A DNA stretch of 64,000 bases, from the IMG/VR virus record IMGVR_UViG_3300016744_000001. One strand, 5' to 3'. The DNA is from a virus. Taxonomy: Duplodnaviria > Caudoviricetes. The notes below the pieces were generated by a model. That model worked only from the letters and a program-made list of their open reading frames with translations, was not told the DNA's origin and made no database searches. The position numbers and the translations under genes were made by a program. Below, one piece after another: positions 46,812 to 57,268 of the stretch. Every line of letters starts with the position of its first letter. The stretch's first letter is position 1.

Positions 46812-48653
46812 TTACTCGCCAAAGAAGAAGTGAGCACTTTCCGCGTTGATCATTTCGGGATAGAACTTGAATGACTTCACATACCCGTTAAAATGATCGG
46901 ACAAATACCGGCTGCACCCAAGGTACAAGGTGGCACAATCAGGGTTCAAAACCTTTGACGTGTTCTTGATTTTTGGATCTTCAGCAGTTGCGGCAAACAA
47001 GTTTTCAGTAGGTGAGAAAGCATGGATCGTTTGAATCCAAGTTCTGCGCTGAGCATTTGTCCAGCTTGAACTTACAGTGGCATTGTTTCGGTCGTAACCA
47101 CTCAAGTAAGCCCGGTTGTTGTGGCCAACAGGATATCTGGCAACAGCGGCAATGTTTTCCAAACCAGTTGCAATGTTGTACAACTCACAGGGAGAACGCA
47201 GCTGAGTGTCAATTGCTTGGTTTGTTGCTTCAGCAACGATTGTTCCATATCGGTTGTTAAACCAAGGACCAACTGGGAGTTCCACTGTGGTTCCAGCGAT
47301 TGATCCAAGGATCTTGTGACGTGACGGAATGTACGGAGGCAAGAATGGACCATCAGTTACCATCAAGCCAAACATTGCCATCCCAACACCGTCAATACCT
47401 TCATGTGTGTCATCACCGTCATGGATGTCAAGAGTGTACAAGCTCACTGACAATGGTGTTGATGCTAATGCCCTGAAGGTGACCTGCAGTCGATACCACC
47501 CATTGTACAACGGATAGATGTATCCAGTTAGGTCGTTTGCATTTTCATTGATGAACACTTCTTCGGTTGCACAATTGAAATGTGCGTTCCGATACATCGC
47601 TGCAGTTGGTTGACGGAAAGTGCCTTGGTCAAATGGTAACAGGTTTGAACCATTGAAACCAAACCGACCAACACCATCAATGATGTCCAGTACCTCGATC
47701 CCGAAGCAATCACGCCCCATGGGGTGGACAAAGACTGAGATTGTGTAGTACTCACCTTCCACGATGTTCATCGTTTCACCAATATAGCGAATCTCATGCC
47801 TGACTGGGGTGGGATTTGCTACCTCAGTCAGAACGTAGGACGGTGAGGCAGATTCATCCAGAGACAAAGCAGCTTCACTGCGAGTGATGGTTGCCGCTTT
47901 ACAGTAGTACAAGTCTTCATCAAGGAAGTCTTCTGATTCCTCAATGTAGTTTGTCATTGCCCCAAAGATTGGGAAACTGGATTCACCAGTACTGTGATCA
48001 GCTTCCAACGTGTGCGGTGGGATCTCTTTCATTGTCCCCATTGAGGATAGAACCCACAGGCTACTTTCTCGTGTGACAACTGCGTCTTCCGGGAGACCGA
48101 TGTAGGCTTCCAGTGCAAAAGACGGAGACGTCCTCACCATGGAACCTGGGAACAATTTACGCCAAAGAGCTTCGTGTGCGTCAGGGTTGGTATCATGGTC
48201 ATTGACCACTGTATTCAGCCCTTTTGCAGAAACCACTTCATCGTACGCGGTACCTTGTCTGGTTGTCGCAATGTCAGCAATCTTGACGTACTGGAAGATG
48301 ACTTTCATGAAGTCTTCACGAGTGCCTTCATTACCAAGGGACAACCAAAGATTGTACAGTTCCTGAAGAACACTGGTATCCAGATCTGTCAGGTCCAGCT
48401 TGTGTGGATTGTCAGTACGTGCCATGTGGCGACGAATTGTTTCTTCAATCTCATCAAGCCTTGCAACACTAAACTCTTCTCGGAAAGCTTTCACCACTTT
48501 CAAAAGGTCAGCTGCTGTAAACTGGTGGTCTCCGGTTGGAGTTGCACCATCCACCTGTTGTGTGGTGATCTTATCCCACCCAGCCAAGATACCAACTGAA
48601 CGATGGTTGGGATCTCTTTGACTGTAAGGACCAGAATTATAGTAGTTTGACAT
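46812..48653 (-). CDS. virion structural protein (NPH repeat, beta-sandwich/LamG-like C-terminus)
   Basis: NPHKL N-terminal domain shared with 48664; NGWYR and LYLG...HFNGYVKSF motifs. Confidence 0.65.
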   Translation of the reverse strand: MSNYYNSGPYSQRDPNHRSVGILAGWDKITTQQVDGATPTGDHQFTAADLLKVVKAFREEFSVARLDEIEETIRRHMARTDNPHKLDLTDLDTSVLQELYNLWLSLGNEGTREDFMKVIFQYVKIADIATTRQGTAYDEVVSAKGLNTVVNDHDTNPDAHEALWRKLFPGSMVRTSPSFALEAYIGLPEDAVVTRESSLWVLSSMGTMKEIPPHTLEADHSTGESSFPIFGAMTNYIEESEDFLDEDLYYCKAATITRSEAALSLDESASPSYVLTEVANPTPVRHEIRYIGETMNIVEGEYYTISVFVHPMGRDCFGIEVLDIIDGVGRFGFNGSNLLPFDQGTFRQPTAAMYRNAHFNCATEEVFINENANDLTGYIYPLYNGWYRLQVTFRALASTPLSVSLYTLDIHDGDDTHEGIDGVGMAMFGLMVTDGPFLPPYIPSRHKILGSIAGTTVELPVGPWFNNRYGTIVAEATNQAIDTQLRSPCELYNIATGLENIAAVARYPVGHNNRAYLSGYDRNNATVSSSWTNAQRRTWIQTIHAFSPTENLFAATAEDPKIKNTSKVLNPDCATLYLGCSRYLSDHFNGYVKSFKFYPEMINAESAHFFFGE

Positions 48654-48663
48654 GTCGATGTCC

Positions 48664-49839
48664 TTATCTTGCTTGGATCAATGGGAATTGGTACAACCCA
48701 AACAAAAACGAAAGTTGTTCAGGTGACATTGCCTGTCGATAGATTGCAAAAGACTGCAATGGATCGTTTTCAGCCATCCTGGCAAAGAACACCCGAGGAT
48801 TGCTAGGTCCACGAGGCTTCACGCAAACTGAGATTTCCTGATGGTTGGTTACCACTCCGGGAATGTCGTAAGAAGAACTTGCGCCATTCACAGCAAGCGA
48901 CATCTGAGTTGGTGTGAACACCATGGCGATGCTGATGTGCCGATCAGGATCAAGATAATCGACCATGAACGGGGTGACGTCAATCGACAACAATTCTTGG
49001 TCGTATTCACCATCTAAAACTTTCTTGTGGTCGATGAATGAACCTTGGTCAAACGGCAACCAGCTATTATCGTCCAAACCAAAGGTTGGACGATCTTTCG
49101 GCAGTATACGAGACATTAAGCTCACTTTTCTGTATACTGGATCGATCTTCACGTAATGGAAATGAACGGTGTTCAGCCCTTGAATTCCAAAGACTCTCAT
49201 TGGCTCAAGAAACCGCACACACCCAATCAATGTGACAGTGTTCCGAAGAAGCTTCACATTGTCAAATGTTGGAACCATGCTGTAGCCATTTTGCTCTGCC
49301 ACATACGTGGACTCAATGTGGTGTGGCAAACCAACATACTGGAAGAAAGCATGCCCTGGTTCAACGTTTGGAACTAACCCAGGGATCATCTTTCTGATGA
49401 GATCTTCGTGTACGTAGATGCTGTCGTCATGTGCTTTAAGGAACTTGGCAACTGCTTCCACGGATGGGATCAGATCTTCTTTCTCAATGTTCCCAAGCAG
49501 GGTGTCGTAATCAACAATCTGGATATACAGAAAGAAGAGATTCTTGAAGAATTTCAGATCTCCTTTATAACCTTCTTGCCGCCATGCTTCATAGATCACA
49601 TCAATGACTTTTGTCGGCAGCTGATCAACTGTCAACTTGTGTGGATTTCCATCAAAGTCAGAGACGTGTGAATACATGTCTTTTATTGTTGCAGCCGCTG
49701 CTTGTACAACAGGATGATTCGCAATCACATCGATGACTGACTTAAGATCCTGAAAGAGTACCGCATCAACTTTAAGTGGTGCGGCTGAAGAGGAGATGTT
49801 GTGCCATTCAGCCAACACCCACGGTAAATTTTTTGACAT
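48664..49839 (-). CDS. virion structural protein, paralog of 46812-48653
   Basis: Shared NPHKL..Y..W...G..G and FG......LPFDQG.F motifs. Confidence 0.65.
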   Translation of the reverse strand: MSKNLPWVLAEWHNISSSAAPLKVDAVLFQDLKSVIDVIANHPVVQAAAATIKDMYSHVSDFDGNPHKLTVDQLPTKVIDVIYEAWRQEGYKGDLKFFKNLFFLYIQIVDYDTLLGNIEKEDLIPSVEAVAKFLKAHDDSIYVHEDLIRKMIPGLVPNVEPGHAFFQYVGLPHHIESTYVAEQNGYSMVPTFDNVKLLRNTVTLIGCVRFLEPMRVFGIQGLNTVHFHYVKIDPVYRKVSLMSRILPKDRPTFGLDDNSWLPFDQGSFIDHKKVLDGEYDQELLSIDVTPFMVDYLDPDRHISIAMVFTPTQMSLAVNGASSSYDIPGVVTNHQEISVCVKPRGPSNPRVFFARMAENDPLQSFAIYRQAMSPEQLSFLFGLYQFPLIQAR

Positions 49840-49959
49840 GGTACATCTCCAGTAAAAACTCCGATAAATTTGCTTAACCAACCGCAATGTGATCAAAACA
49901 TCATTAGGCTGGCTGAAGACACCATAGCATCAGTCACGTAAATCAAACATATTTGTCAA

Positions 49960-49967
49960 TATATTAC
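49960..49967 (+). promoter_or_regulatory. phiKZ-type early promoter motif TATATTAC
   Basis: Exact motif 51 nt upstream of ATG 50019. Confidence 0.55.
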
Positions 49968-50018
49968 TTTATTGATCAGCTTGGTCAAACCTACACATCT
50001 TGCTTTTTGGAGGCAATC

Positions 50019-50333
50019 ATGGTTACTGATTTTGAACGTTCCTCAGTTGTTGGTGCGGAGCAGCTCAGGACGAGAAGTGAAAACGCTTCTCTTCACGACA
50101 CTGTCGTGGGTGAAACACCCGTGGTTCTTCGTGACCCCACGTTGGACCGAGACACCATCAAAACCCTTTACATCACCAAGTTCAATCCAATGACGGAAGA
50201 CTTCGATCTTGCGAAGTTGATTGAGCTGGAAAAGTTACTCCGCCCTGTTCAGATGGGCATCGCCAACTGGATCGTGTACGGCTACACTCAGGAAGTGAAG
50301 CGGCATATGGAATTGGCCGGCAAAGCCAATTAG
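50019..50333 (+). CDS. hypothetical protein
   Basis: GGAGG RBS; isolated plus-strand gene ending at a hairpin. Confidence 0.65.
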   Translation: MVTDFERSSVVGAEQLRTRSENASLHDTVVGETPVVLRDPTLDRDTIKTLYITKFNPMTEDFDLAKLIELEKLLRPVQMGIANWIVYGYTQEVKRHMELAGKAN

Positions 50334-50339
50334 ATTAGT

Positions 50340-50375
50340 ATTGCACAGCACCCTCAATTGAGGGTGCTGTGCAAT
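50340..50375. terminator. perfect palindrome between convergent genes
   Basis: attgcacagcaccctcaa|ttgagggtgctgtgcaat. Confidence 0.7.
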
Positions 50376-50384
50376 GCAACAAAG

Positions 50385-51845
50385 TTATTTTTGTTTTTTC
50401 TTTCCAGTCGGTTCTGGCTTGGGTGGAACGATGGTGTCAGTAACCTGTACAGACGAGTTGACATCCTTCATCCCAACTAGCTCAAAAACGTCCATAATTG
50501 ACATGTAAGGACGTTTTTCTTCAGTGTCGTATGTCCAGTACCCTCGGCTCTGAAGAATGTCGTTAACGTCAATTCTGGAGGATTGATTGATCCTCTCCAC
50601 AAAGTTCTCAACCGTCGCTGGAATGTCATACGGATACGCTGCCGTATTCCAGTAATGGTGAATCCAGTGGAACTGGAACATCAATTCCAAGGTGCGTTTT
50701 GCCGCGTAGTTCTCGTCACAGGTCTGACGGATACTATTCCGGTGGAATGGTACATCCGGCAACAGTGGTGAGAACCGGTTGTAGCCTTTGAGCAGGAACC
50801 CAGAAGATTCGTACTCACCAGACTTGGCCTTATCACTGACGTCACGCAGATACTCGTAGTACGACAGGTCAGCAAGGACACCACGGTGCTGACTCATGAC
50901 AGTGGGGATGATTGTGCCGGTCATGTTGTTCTTACCACGAAGAACCTTCATTTCCAGCTTGTTGATTTCCACTTTTTCACGGTCAGTGGCGTTGAGATCC
51001 CCTGAAGGATACAACGGTTGTCCATCTTGGTCGACCAGTGGTTTGGGTCTTGCCAACTGGAATGACAAGTTCGGCAAGTACTGAAAGTTCTTGCCAGCAT
51101 TGGTGATCTTTTCACCCTGCTTCAGCCACTGGTTCTGCTTCGGTGTGGGGCGACGAGGATCAATTTCGATCTTCGAGTCCACATGAGCAGTAACGAAGAA
51201 GTACATGCTGTACCGATAAGCGTAGGTGATGAACAGATCCATCAGACGCTTCTTGATGCGAGCATCGTACATGTCAGCGGTGTTGTTCGACTTGTCTTCC
51301 ATGCCGGTTGAGAAGTCGACATTGTCAGTGCTCAGGTTGGAGATCGAGTCCAGCGAGATGAATGTCGGGACCATGATCTTCAACGGCTTGCCAGTGTTGG
51401 TATCCAAGAATGGTGTTTCCACCAAGTATTCTTGCTTGTTCTTCAGTTTGTACTCACCAAGGTTGGTAAGGAATTCAATGTATTCTTTCAGGTTCATCTC
51501 ACCCTTATTGGTCAAGTGAACCCGTTCGTCAACATTGACATTCAAACCTTGAGCCAAGCGATAGAAACGATGCAAGCTGGTGGACGTGTTTTCGGTGTCG
51601 TACTTGAAGTACTCTGACCTCGGATAAATCTCCATCAGGTTAACAACCATGTTGTCAACTGTAGTCGACTTAAAGTAACCACTTCTGGCAGAGAATCCGT
51701 TTACCGGTGCAGCACCAGCATCAAGCAACCACGCACCGTTGAAACCTTTGACATAAATGCCAGTGCAGATATCAATCGGTGATCTGGTGTTGAGGTATGG
51801 GTAGAAGTATGCAGGTTTGAATCCTGCTGCTTGGGCAAGTGACAT
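50385..51845 (-). CDS. UvsX/RecA-like recombinase (phiKZ type)
   Basis: IDICTG.Y, degenerate Walker A ARSGYFKST, YDTE, Walker B SLDSIS, TAHV, LRGKNNMTG. Confidence 0.8.
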   Translation of the reverse strand: MSLAQAAGFKPAYFYPYLNTRSPIDICTGIYVKGFNGAWLLDAGAAPVNGFSARSGYFKSTTVDNMVVNLMEIYPRSEYFKYDTENTSTSLHRFYRLAQGLNVNVDERVHLTNKGEMNLKEYIEFLTNLGEYKLKNKQEYLVETPFLDTNTGKPLKIMVPTFISLDSISNLSTDNVDFSTGMEDKSNNTADMYDARIKKRLMDLFITYAYRYSMYFFVTAHVDSKIEIDPRRPTPKQNQWLKQGEKITNAGKNFQYLPNLSFQLARPKPLVDQDGQPLYPSGDLNATDREKVEINKLEMKVLRGKNNMTGTIIPTVMSQHRGVLADLSYYEYLRDVSDKAKSGEYESSGFLLKGYNRFSPLLPDVPFHRNSIRQTCDENYAAKRTLELMFQFHWIHHYWNTAAYPYDIPATVENFVERINQSSRIDVNDILQSRGYWTYDTEEKRPYMSIMDVFELVGMKDVNSSVQVTDTIVPPKPEPTGKKKQK

Positions 51846-51863
51846 TGTGCACTCCTTACTGGA

Positions 51864-53711
51864 TTAAGCGATCAGACCGTCGTTGAGCACACCAACCCAT
51901 TCGCCATTGCACATGAACAACTGAATGTTTTCACCATATCCGGTCAGTTCGACCTCGGACATGGCATCCAACATCCGGCCACGATACATCAGACGCAGCG
52001 GGAATTCTGCTGTGGTCTTGATGACCAGTGCGGTGTTGTTCTGGCAGTACTTGTAGACGTTACAAACATCATTGGCTTCATGACGGTTGGACAGGTCAAC
52101 CGTAAAGCGATTGGGAGTGACGGTGTCATTGCTGAACACATACCACGCCTTCACACTGGGATGCTTCTGCACATCAAAGCTTTGCCCATTCAAGTTGCCA
52201 GCATTGATACCCCCGACGGTATCTTCCATGCCATCAACACTATTCTGCAAGATTTCGATCTTCTTTTCGGCCGAAGCGATGAACGAGCGGCAAAGCTGTT
52301 CAATCTTGTCAGTGATGCCATCAAACTCGGCTTTCTGGGAAGACGAAAGCTTGGCAACAGTGTCCTGCAATTTAAGTTGTGCCTCTTCAGCGGTGGCAAC
52401 CAAACTGTTTGTCTGATCGGCGCAGAGCTTTCGGATTTCTGCTGTAAGCTGATCCCTCAACCGTTCAGGGTAATCTGAAATCAGTGCCCGTGCTTCACGG
52501 GGTACAGCTTCAGCCGGCAATGCTTTCAATGCGGCATCAACCTTGCTGGTTACGTCATTAAGCAGGTCATTAACCTTACTTGTCAAAGCATGCTGAATTT
52601 CCTCAAACTGTTCCACGGTGACCAGATTGTCCTTGGGCTGGCTCGCCAGTTTGATGTATTTCAACTCGATGTTGTGTACATCTTCTTTGACGACCTTCAA
52701 ATGGGCATCTGCCTCATCCAGTCTGCCAGAAACATTGGGCATCGCATCATGCACCGCAGACTTGATCAGTTCCGCAATGTTAGGATGCTGCGACAGTGCC
52801 CCCACCAACAGGTCCATGTTCACTTCAGGAGTAGTCATCACTGGACGATCAGTGTCGACATTTTCAGCGAAGTGTCTGGTGACGTCAACACCTTTAAGGT
52901 TGATGGCGTAAACACTGTCAACCGGTGCAGGGATGTTGAGGGATTCGAAGACACAAGCGTCTTCAACAAAGTCAAACTCCACTCGATAGAACCCGGGAGC
53001 AGTATCAGTGGGATCAACGTCCTTGTCTTCCCATTCATGCACGATGAGCTTGAAACCCATGTACTTCAGGTTGGGCCAAGCCTCTTCTGGGAAGGAGAAT
53101 TCAGTCGGAGCACCGTAAGCCCATTCATCCACGTTGAACCGGGTGGGGTCAACCAGATTTTCCCAATTGACACGGTCAGGGTTCTGCATGACCAGATCTT
53201 CATACCGGTCATGTGTTGCCTGCAGTGAGTAGATGGCCGGAACCGGCACCCCAAGCAACAGTTCACCAGTAGGGCCAATCTTCGGACCACCCGCAGGAAT
53301 ACGTGGAATGATACGAATTCCCTTAAGTGTCTTTTCCCCGGAAACGTTCTTCAGCAGCACCCCAATGTACACAGAACGACCAGGTACCGGAGTCGACAAA
53401 AACTGTTCTCTGGGATCAACTGGCTTCGACGTGTCAATTTCCTGCAGTGCAAACTGCGGCAAAGCAACACCACCGTTCAACGGGTTGGGCACGGGAGGTG
53501 ACGAGATAATTTTGCAGACCTCGTTGGTGTCCATCCCGGGCAAAAAGTTGGTGGCACTCTTTGACGTCACATAGGGAATGTTCAACGCATCCAGCATCGG
53601 CTTTGGATAGATGCTGGTGTCAATATGGCTGCCGTCCAACGGTATGTACTGCTTGGGGTTTGCGTAACAAGTAACTTTGGGGATCAACTCAATAACGGGT
53701 GGAAAATACAT
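51864..53711 (-). CDS. hypothetical coiled-coil protein, probably structural
   Basis: Central heptad-rich region; start at ATG 53711 (AAGGAG). Confidence 0.6.
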   Translation of the reverse strand: MYFPPVIELIPKVTCYANPKQYIPLDGSHIDTSIYPKPMLDALNIPYVTSKSATNFLPGMDTNEVCKIISSPPVPNPLNGGVALPQFALQEIDTSKPVDPREQFLSTPVPGRSVYIGVLLKNVSGEKTLKGIRIIPRIPAGGPKIGPTGELLLGVPVPAIYSLQATHDRYEDLVMQNPDRVNWENLVDPTRFNVDEWAYGAPTEFSFPEEAWPNLKYMGFKLIVHEWEDKDVDPTDTAPGFYRVEFDFVEDACVFESLNIPAPVDSVYAINLKGVDVTRHFAENVDTDRPVMTTPEVNMDLLVGALSQHPNIAELIKSAVHDAMPNVSGRLDEADAHLKVVKEDVHNIELKYIKLASQPKDNLVTVEQFEEIQHALTSKVNDLLNDVTSKVDAALKALPAEAVPREARALISDYPERLRDQLTAEIRKLCADQTNSLVATAEEAQLKLQDTVAKLSSSQKAEFDGITDKIEQLCRSFIASAEKKIEILQNSVDGMEDTVGGINAGNLNGQSFDVQKHPSVKAWYVFSNDTVTPNRFTVDLSNRHEANDVCNVYKYCQNNTALVIKTTAEFPLRLMYRGRMLDAMSEVELTGYGENIQLFMCNGEWVGVLNDGLIA

Positions 53712-53790
53712 GAAAGTCTCCTTGGACTTGAGGTTGCAATGGCTGAGTCGAATGCATATCTCTTTCACACCTAATGAAAAGAAATACCTT

Positions 53791-53820
53791 CTCTAGGGAG
53801 AGGATATCCTCTCCCTAGAG
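53791..53820. terminator. perfect palindrome
   Basis: ctctagggagaggat|atcctctccctagag. Confidence 0.7.
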
Positions 53821-53831
53821 TGGGTCAGCGC

Positions 53832-54131
53832 TTACAACCGCATGATGTAATACAAACGGTCAGCATCCGTCAACCCGCACTTCAGGTTAACGTCGTCTGA
53901 CAAAGGAAGCATGTTCGGTGTGCCGTTAGTGCCATCACACAAAGCAAATGCTTCCATCGGTGCATTGTTAATCACTGGTCTTTTACCATCGCTTCCCCCA
54001 AAGGTTCCGTTCCAGAGGAGAACTCCTCTCTTCGGAACTGACATCGTCAGGAACAAAGCTTTAACGGCAATGATCTCTGGCTGAATACAGTTTCGAACGA
54101 ACGTTTGCATATTCTTAAATTGAAATGACAT
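53832..54131 (-). CDS. small tail-collar-like protein
   Basis: GVLLWNG...FALCDGTNGTPNM...YYIMRL. Confidence 0.65.
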   Translation of the reverse strand: MSFQFKNMQTFVRNCIQPEIIAVKALFLTMSVPKRGVLLWNGTFGGSDGKRPVINNAPMEAFALCDGTNGTPNMLPLSDDVNLKCGLTDADRLYYIMRL

Positions 54132-54143
54132 TTTTTATTTCTC

Positions 54144-54731
54144 CTACTTGTCAATCGAGTCTTTAATGCAGTCAGGAACGACAGGCATCTTCGATTGAGC
54201 AATTGGACCATTGCCATCCCAAGGGTACCCCGGCAGAGATGGCAGTTCTTTGATGTGCAGTCGGTATAACTCAACCTCTTGGATCTGCGCTTCTGACAGT
54301 GACGAGTCCCGCATCAGAAACCGGTCAGTCTTATCCAGTTGAGGTTTTCGCAATGTGTACCGACAAATCTCAGACAGTTCTTCCACACTCGGAGCAGGCT
54401 TTTCTGGTTGAATCAGAAGAACACCCACTGGAAGTGGTCCAAGTTCTGTCATGTAACTTGGTGGGGTCATCCAAGTGGCATCAGCTGACCAGAACGGAGT
54501 TCCACCAACCAAGGTTCCATTGTCATCAGGTTTTTGACGATGGTCTTCAACCAGATTCCAAGTGGTTCCATCCCAACGAACAGTTTTGCCTTCAGGAATT
54601 TCGGTTGGAATAGGAACCAAGGTACCGCAAGCACATTCTGTCAGTGGTTCACCATTGAGCAACTGTGCTTCACGCTGGTGAAGATATTCGCCAGTTGCCA
54701 AATCAAAAATGTACAAGATAGGAATATCCAT
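54144..54731 (-). CDS. tail fibre assembly protein
   Basis: TGEYL...W.LVEDHR...GTPFW...ELGPLP...LD.TD..L.RD...YR..I+ELP...P. Confidence 0.8.
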   Translation of the reverse strand: MDIPILYIFDLATGEYLHQREAQLLNGEPLTECACGTLVPIPTEIPEGKTVRWDGTTWNLVEDHRQKPDDNGTLVGGTPFWSADATWMTPPSYMTELGPLPVGVLLIQPEKPAPSVEELSEICRYTLRKPQLDKTDRFLMRDSSLSEAQIQEVELYRLHIKELPSLPGYPWDGNGPIAQSKMPVVPDCIKDSIDK

Positions 54732-54740
54732 GGAATCTCC

Positions 54741-55073
54741 TTAACTTCCTTCAGGGTAGGCTGGCATCAATGGCAATGAGTCGGTTAATTTTTCGCTAAT
54801 GATTTTTCGCAAAGCGACTCTGTATACAACCCATTCTTCCGGAATGGCAACTCCACGTTCAACACATCGCAAAATCGTGATGTCTGACTTTGCTAAAGCT
54901 AGTTGTGCTTCTAAAAATGCAGGGTTCTCCGTTGAGGTGGTGGCATACTCAAAAACTGTGATATTTTTAGCCACCAGTTCGTCGTAATCACGATTGCCTT
55001 TGCACACTGGAATGCATCGACCGTCTGAACATTGAATTGCCGTTTTTTCCATGTTTGCGTAGGTATATGTCAT
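54741..55073 (-). CDS. tail fibre assembly protein
   Basis: IP...GNRDY and L.KSD..ILRC.E.G..IPEEW..YR.ALR motifs. Confidence 0.75.
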   Translation of the reverse strand: MTYTYANMEKTAIQCSDGRCIPVCKGNRDYDELVAKNITVFEYATTSTENPAFLEAQLALAKSDITILRCVERGVAIPEEWVVYRVALRKIISEKLTDSLPLMPAYPEGS

Positions 55074-55084
55074 TGGTTCACTCC

Positions 55085-57193
55085 TTACATTCTAGCATCA
55101 GCAATCCAGTGACACCCACCGTATTGGCTAACGGCATCGCAGGTTCCATAAATTCTGATACTGGTCGTTCCCATGAAAGTATCAGCACGCGCTACCTTAT
55201 CAGCCGCATTTCCGTCATACTGCCTAAAATATCCAGCTGCTCCAGTAACTGGGCTATACACGGTCACGGAAGGCACCACCCGCATTGGGACTGAAAAATT
55301 CACAAAACCATTCCATTCAGCAACCCCAATTGTACGGTTACACAAGGCGCCATTATTGGTGATACTACCAAGAACGGTATCAACATCATAGCTTTTCTGA
55401 AAGTACCGACGGCACCAATTAAGAGCTTGCTGAAAAGTCAGGAATTCAAACTCAGTAGCTTCTGTTCCAGCCTCGAGTTGAACCCCACCTATTTCATAAG
55501 TCGCCCCGGCAACAGCGACTAGCTTAATACATTCCGCTGTTGTCAAGACATTACTTGCTTGCCAAATCTTTGGTGTTTCAGTGATATACCCGCTGCCGCA
55601 ACCAAGATCAAACCGAAGAACCAATGCGGTGGCCGAATCGTTTGGCCAAGTTCCAGTCTGACAACCAGGAATTGTCTGAGTACACACGTTTTCACCAACA
55701 GCAAGATCCTTAGTAAAAACGTAACTCAGGGTTCCATTTGCCAAGCAAACACTGAACGCATATTTTCCAGCGGTATTGACCTTGACAGTAAAACTCACGG
55801 TGATTGGTTTTGCGTTCGGGGTACCCCAACACAGATCACTAAGGTCGAATCCTTCGACACACATGTTGAGATGATACTTGTCATTCGTCCCTGGTGTGGT
55901 TGCAACAGCGGTTGTAATCTTTTCAGAATACATCAGCTTTGACAGTGACGTCGTCATTCGCTGAGCTTTCAGTTTTGATGCCGCGACAATGATTAATCTC
56001 GCATTGTCAGCAATGTAGTCTACGGTCGTTGGTATGACCTCAAGACTCCCATGCTGTTGTGAGATCCGAAAATCTCCGTTGCACAACCGATTTCTACGTC
56101 CAGTTGGTACCCATGCAACCAATGAACCATTCTGATTTGCTACTGGAATTTTCCCGGCATTCGGGGTGACCGCCGTATTTACTCCAGCGGCAATAAATGC
56201 TGGGCCATTATTGATCGTCGCGCTATCAATCAAATCAACACCCGTAGCAACTCGACCAAAACCGACACTTGTTGTCGTGGCCATCCAGTTCTTCGCTGCA
56301 GCTGAAACACTGAGCACTTTATCCGCCCGCCCAAGGTACATGATCACTGGGCGTTTGATTGTGTCAGGAGTAACTGTGGTTGATCCACCAAAGACAGTGC
56401 TTGCCCGACTAAGATCAATCTCAACTCGACGACCACCAACCGGATCACCACCCATGTTGAACAAATTCGCACTGCTTGTTGTGGCTTGTTTTGCAATTCC
56501 AATCGTATTTAAATTATCCGTCCCACCGACAGATCCTCCCCACCAAGGTAATGACCCAGTTGCATTCGGCAACCCGGCATTCAGATGGGTGCCAGCAGTG
56601 CCGTTAGCCGCAGCTGTCCATGCTTGATAGTACGCACCACCATCAACTGGAAGATACAGCCCAGTCGGGATCGCTGCATCGGGACGAAACATACCTTTGT
56701 TTGCTGCTTGTGTTGTTGCATCCGCGTTGTATGCCATCAGTAGTCCAGCAAATCCACCGGCATCATACTTGGCTTTGAATTCTGGACGTCCAGCAAATGA
56801 AATGAAATCCCCGTTGACCAAGACGTGGTCAGCTGGTGGTGTTGTGCTTGTTGCCCACTGGGGTCGACCAATACTGGCTTGACGAAGGTTGTTCAATTCG
56901 GTCAGAATTGCAACTTCATCATCGCCCATTCCCATTGGAGTGAAACTGACTTTTTGCCAATACAACAACCCGTCGTTCGGAGCGTGTACGCCGTTGGCTG
57001 AAGTCGTTCCGGATTCCTGAATCGCTTGATACAGTGCACTGCCGTAATACCAGTACGTACCAGTGCTGCACAATGGGACCGTATTTTTCCAGGTTGGAAA
57101 CACTCGACCAGTAACCAGATTGTTGCACAGTGGAACGAGCATTTCAATCAATTTGCGAAAACCCATCCCACTAAAAAAAGAAGAAGCTGCCAT
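55085..57193 (-). CDS. tail fibre protein
   Basis: Collar-like domain with AGLPNATG, RNRLCNGDFRISQ beta domain, VQLEAGTEATEFE..CRRYFQKSY and MRVVPSVT C-terminal motifs. Confidence 0.85.
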   Translation of the reverse strand: MAASSFFSGMGFRKLIEMLVPLCNNLVTGRVFPTWKNTVPLCSTGTYWYYGSALYQAIQESGTTSANGVHAPNDGLLYWQKVSFTPMGMGDDEVAILTELNNLRQASIGRPQWATSTTPPADHVLVNGDFISFAGRPEFKAKYDAGGFAGLLMAYNADATTQAANKGMFRPDAAIPTGLYLPVDGGAYYQAWTAAANGTAGTHLNAGLPNATGSLPWWGGSVGGTDNLNTIGIAKQATTSSANLFNMGGDPVGGRRVEIDLSRASTVFGGSTTVTPDTIKRPVIMYLGRADKVLSVSAAAKNWMATTTSVGFGRVATGVDLIDSATINNGPAFIAAGVNTAVTPNAGKIPVANQNGSLVAWVPTGRRNRLCNGDFRISQQHGSLEVIPTTVDYIADNARLIIVAASKLKAQRMTTSLSKLMYSEKITTAVATTPGTNDKYHLNMCVEGFDLSDLCWGTPNAKPITVSFTVKVNTAGKYAFSVCLANGTLSYVFTKDLAVGENVCTQTIPGCQTGTWPNDSATALVLRFDLGCGSGYITETPKIWQASNVLTTAECIKLVAVAGATYEIGGVQLEAGTEATEFEFLTFQQALNWCRRYFQKSYDVDTVLGSITNNGALCNRTIGVAEWNGFVNFSVPMRVVPSVTVYSPVTGAAGYFRQYDGNAADKVARADTFMGTTSIRIYGTCDAVSQYGGCHWIADARM

Positions 57194-57268
57194 GAATTGC
57201 TCCTAGTGAACATATTAATGATCCAAATGATAGTGCCAAGCTGGTCAAAAACCAGCTTGGCATCAATA

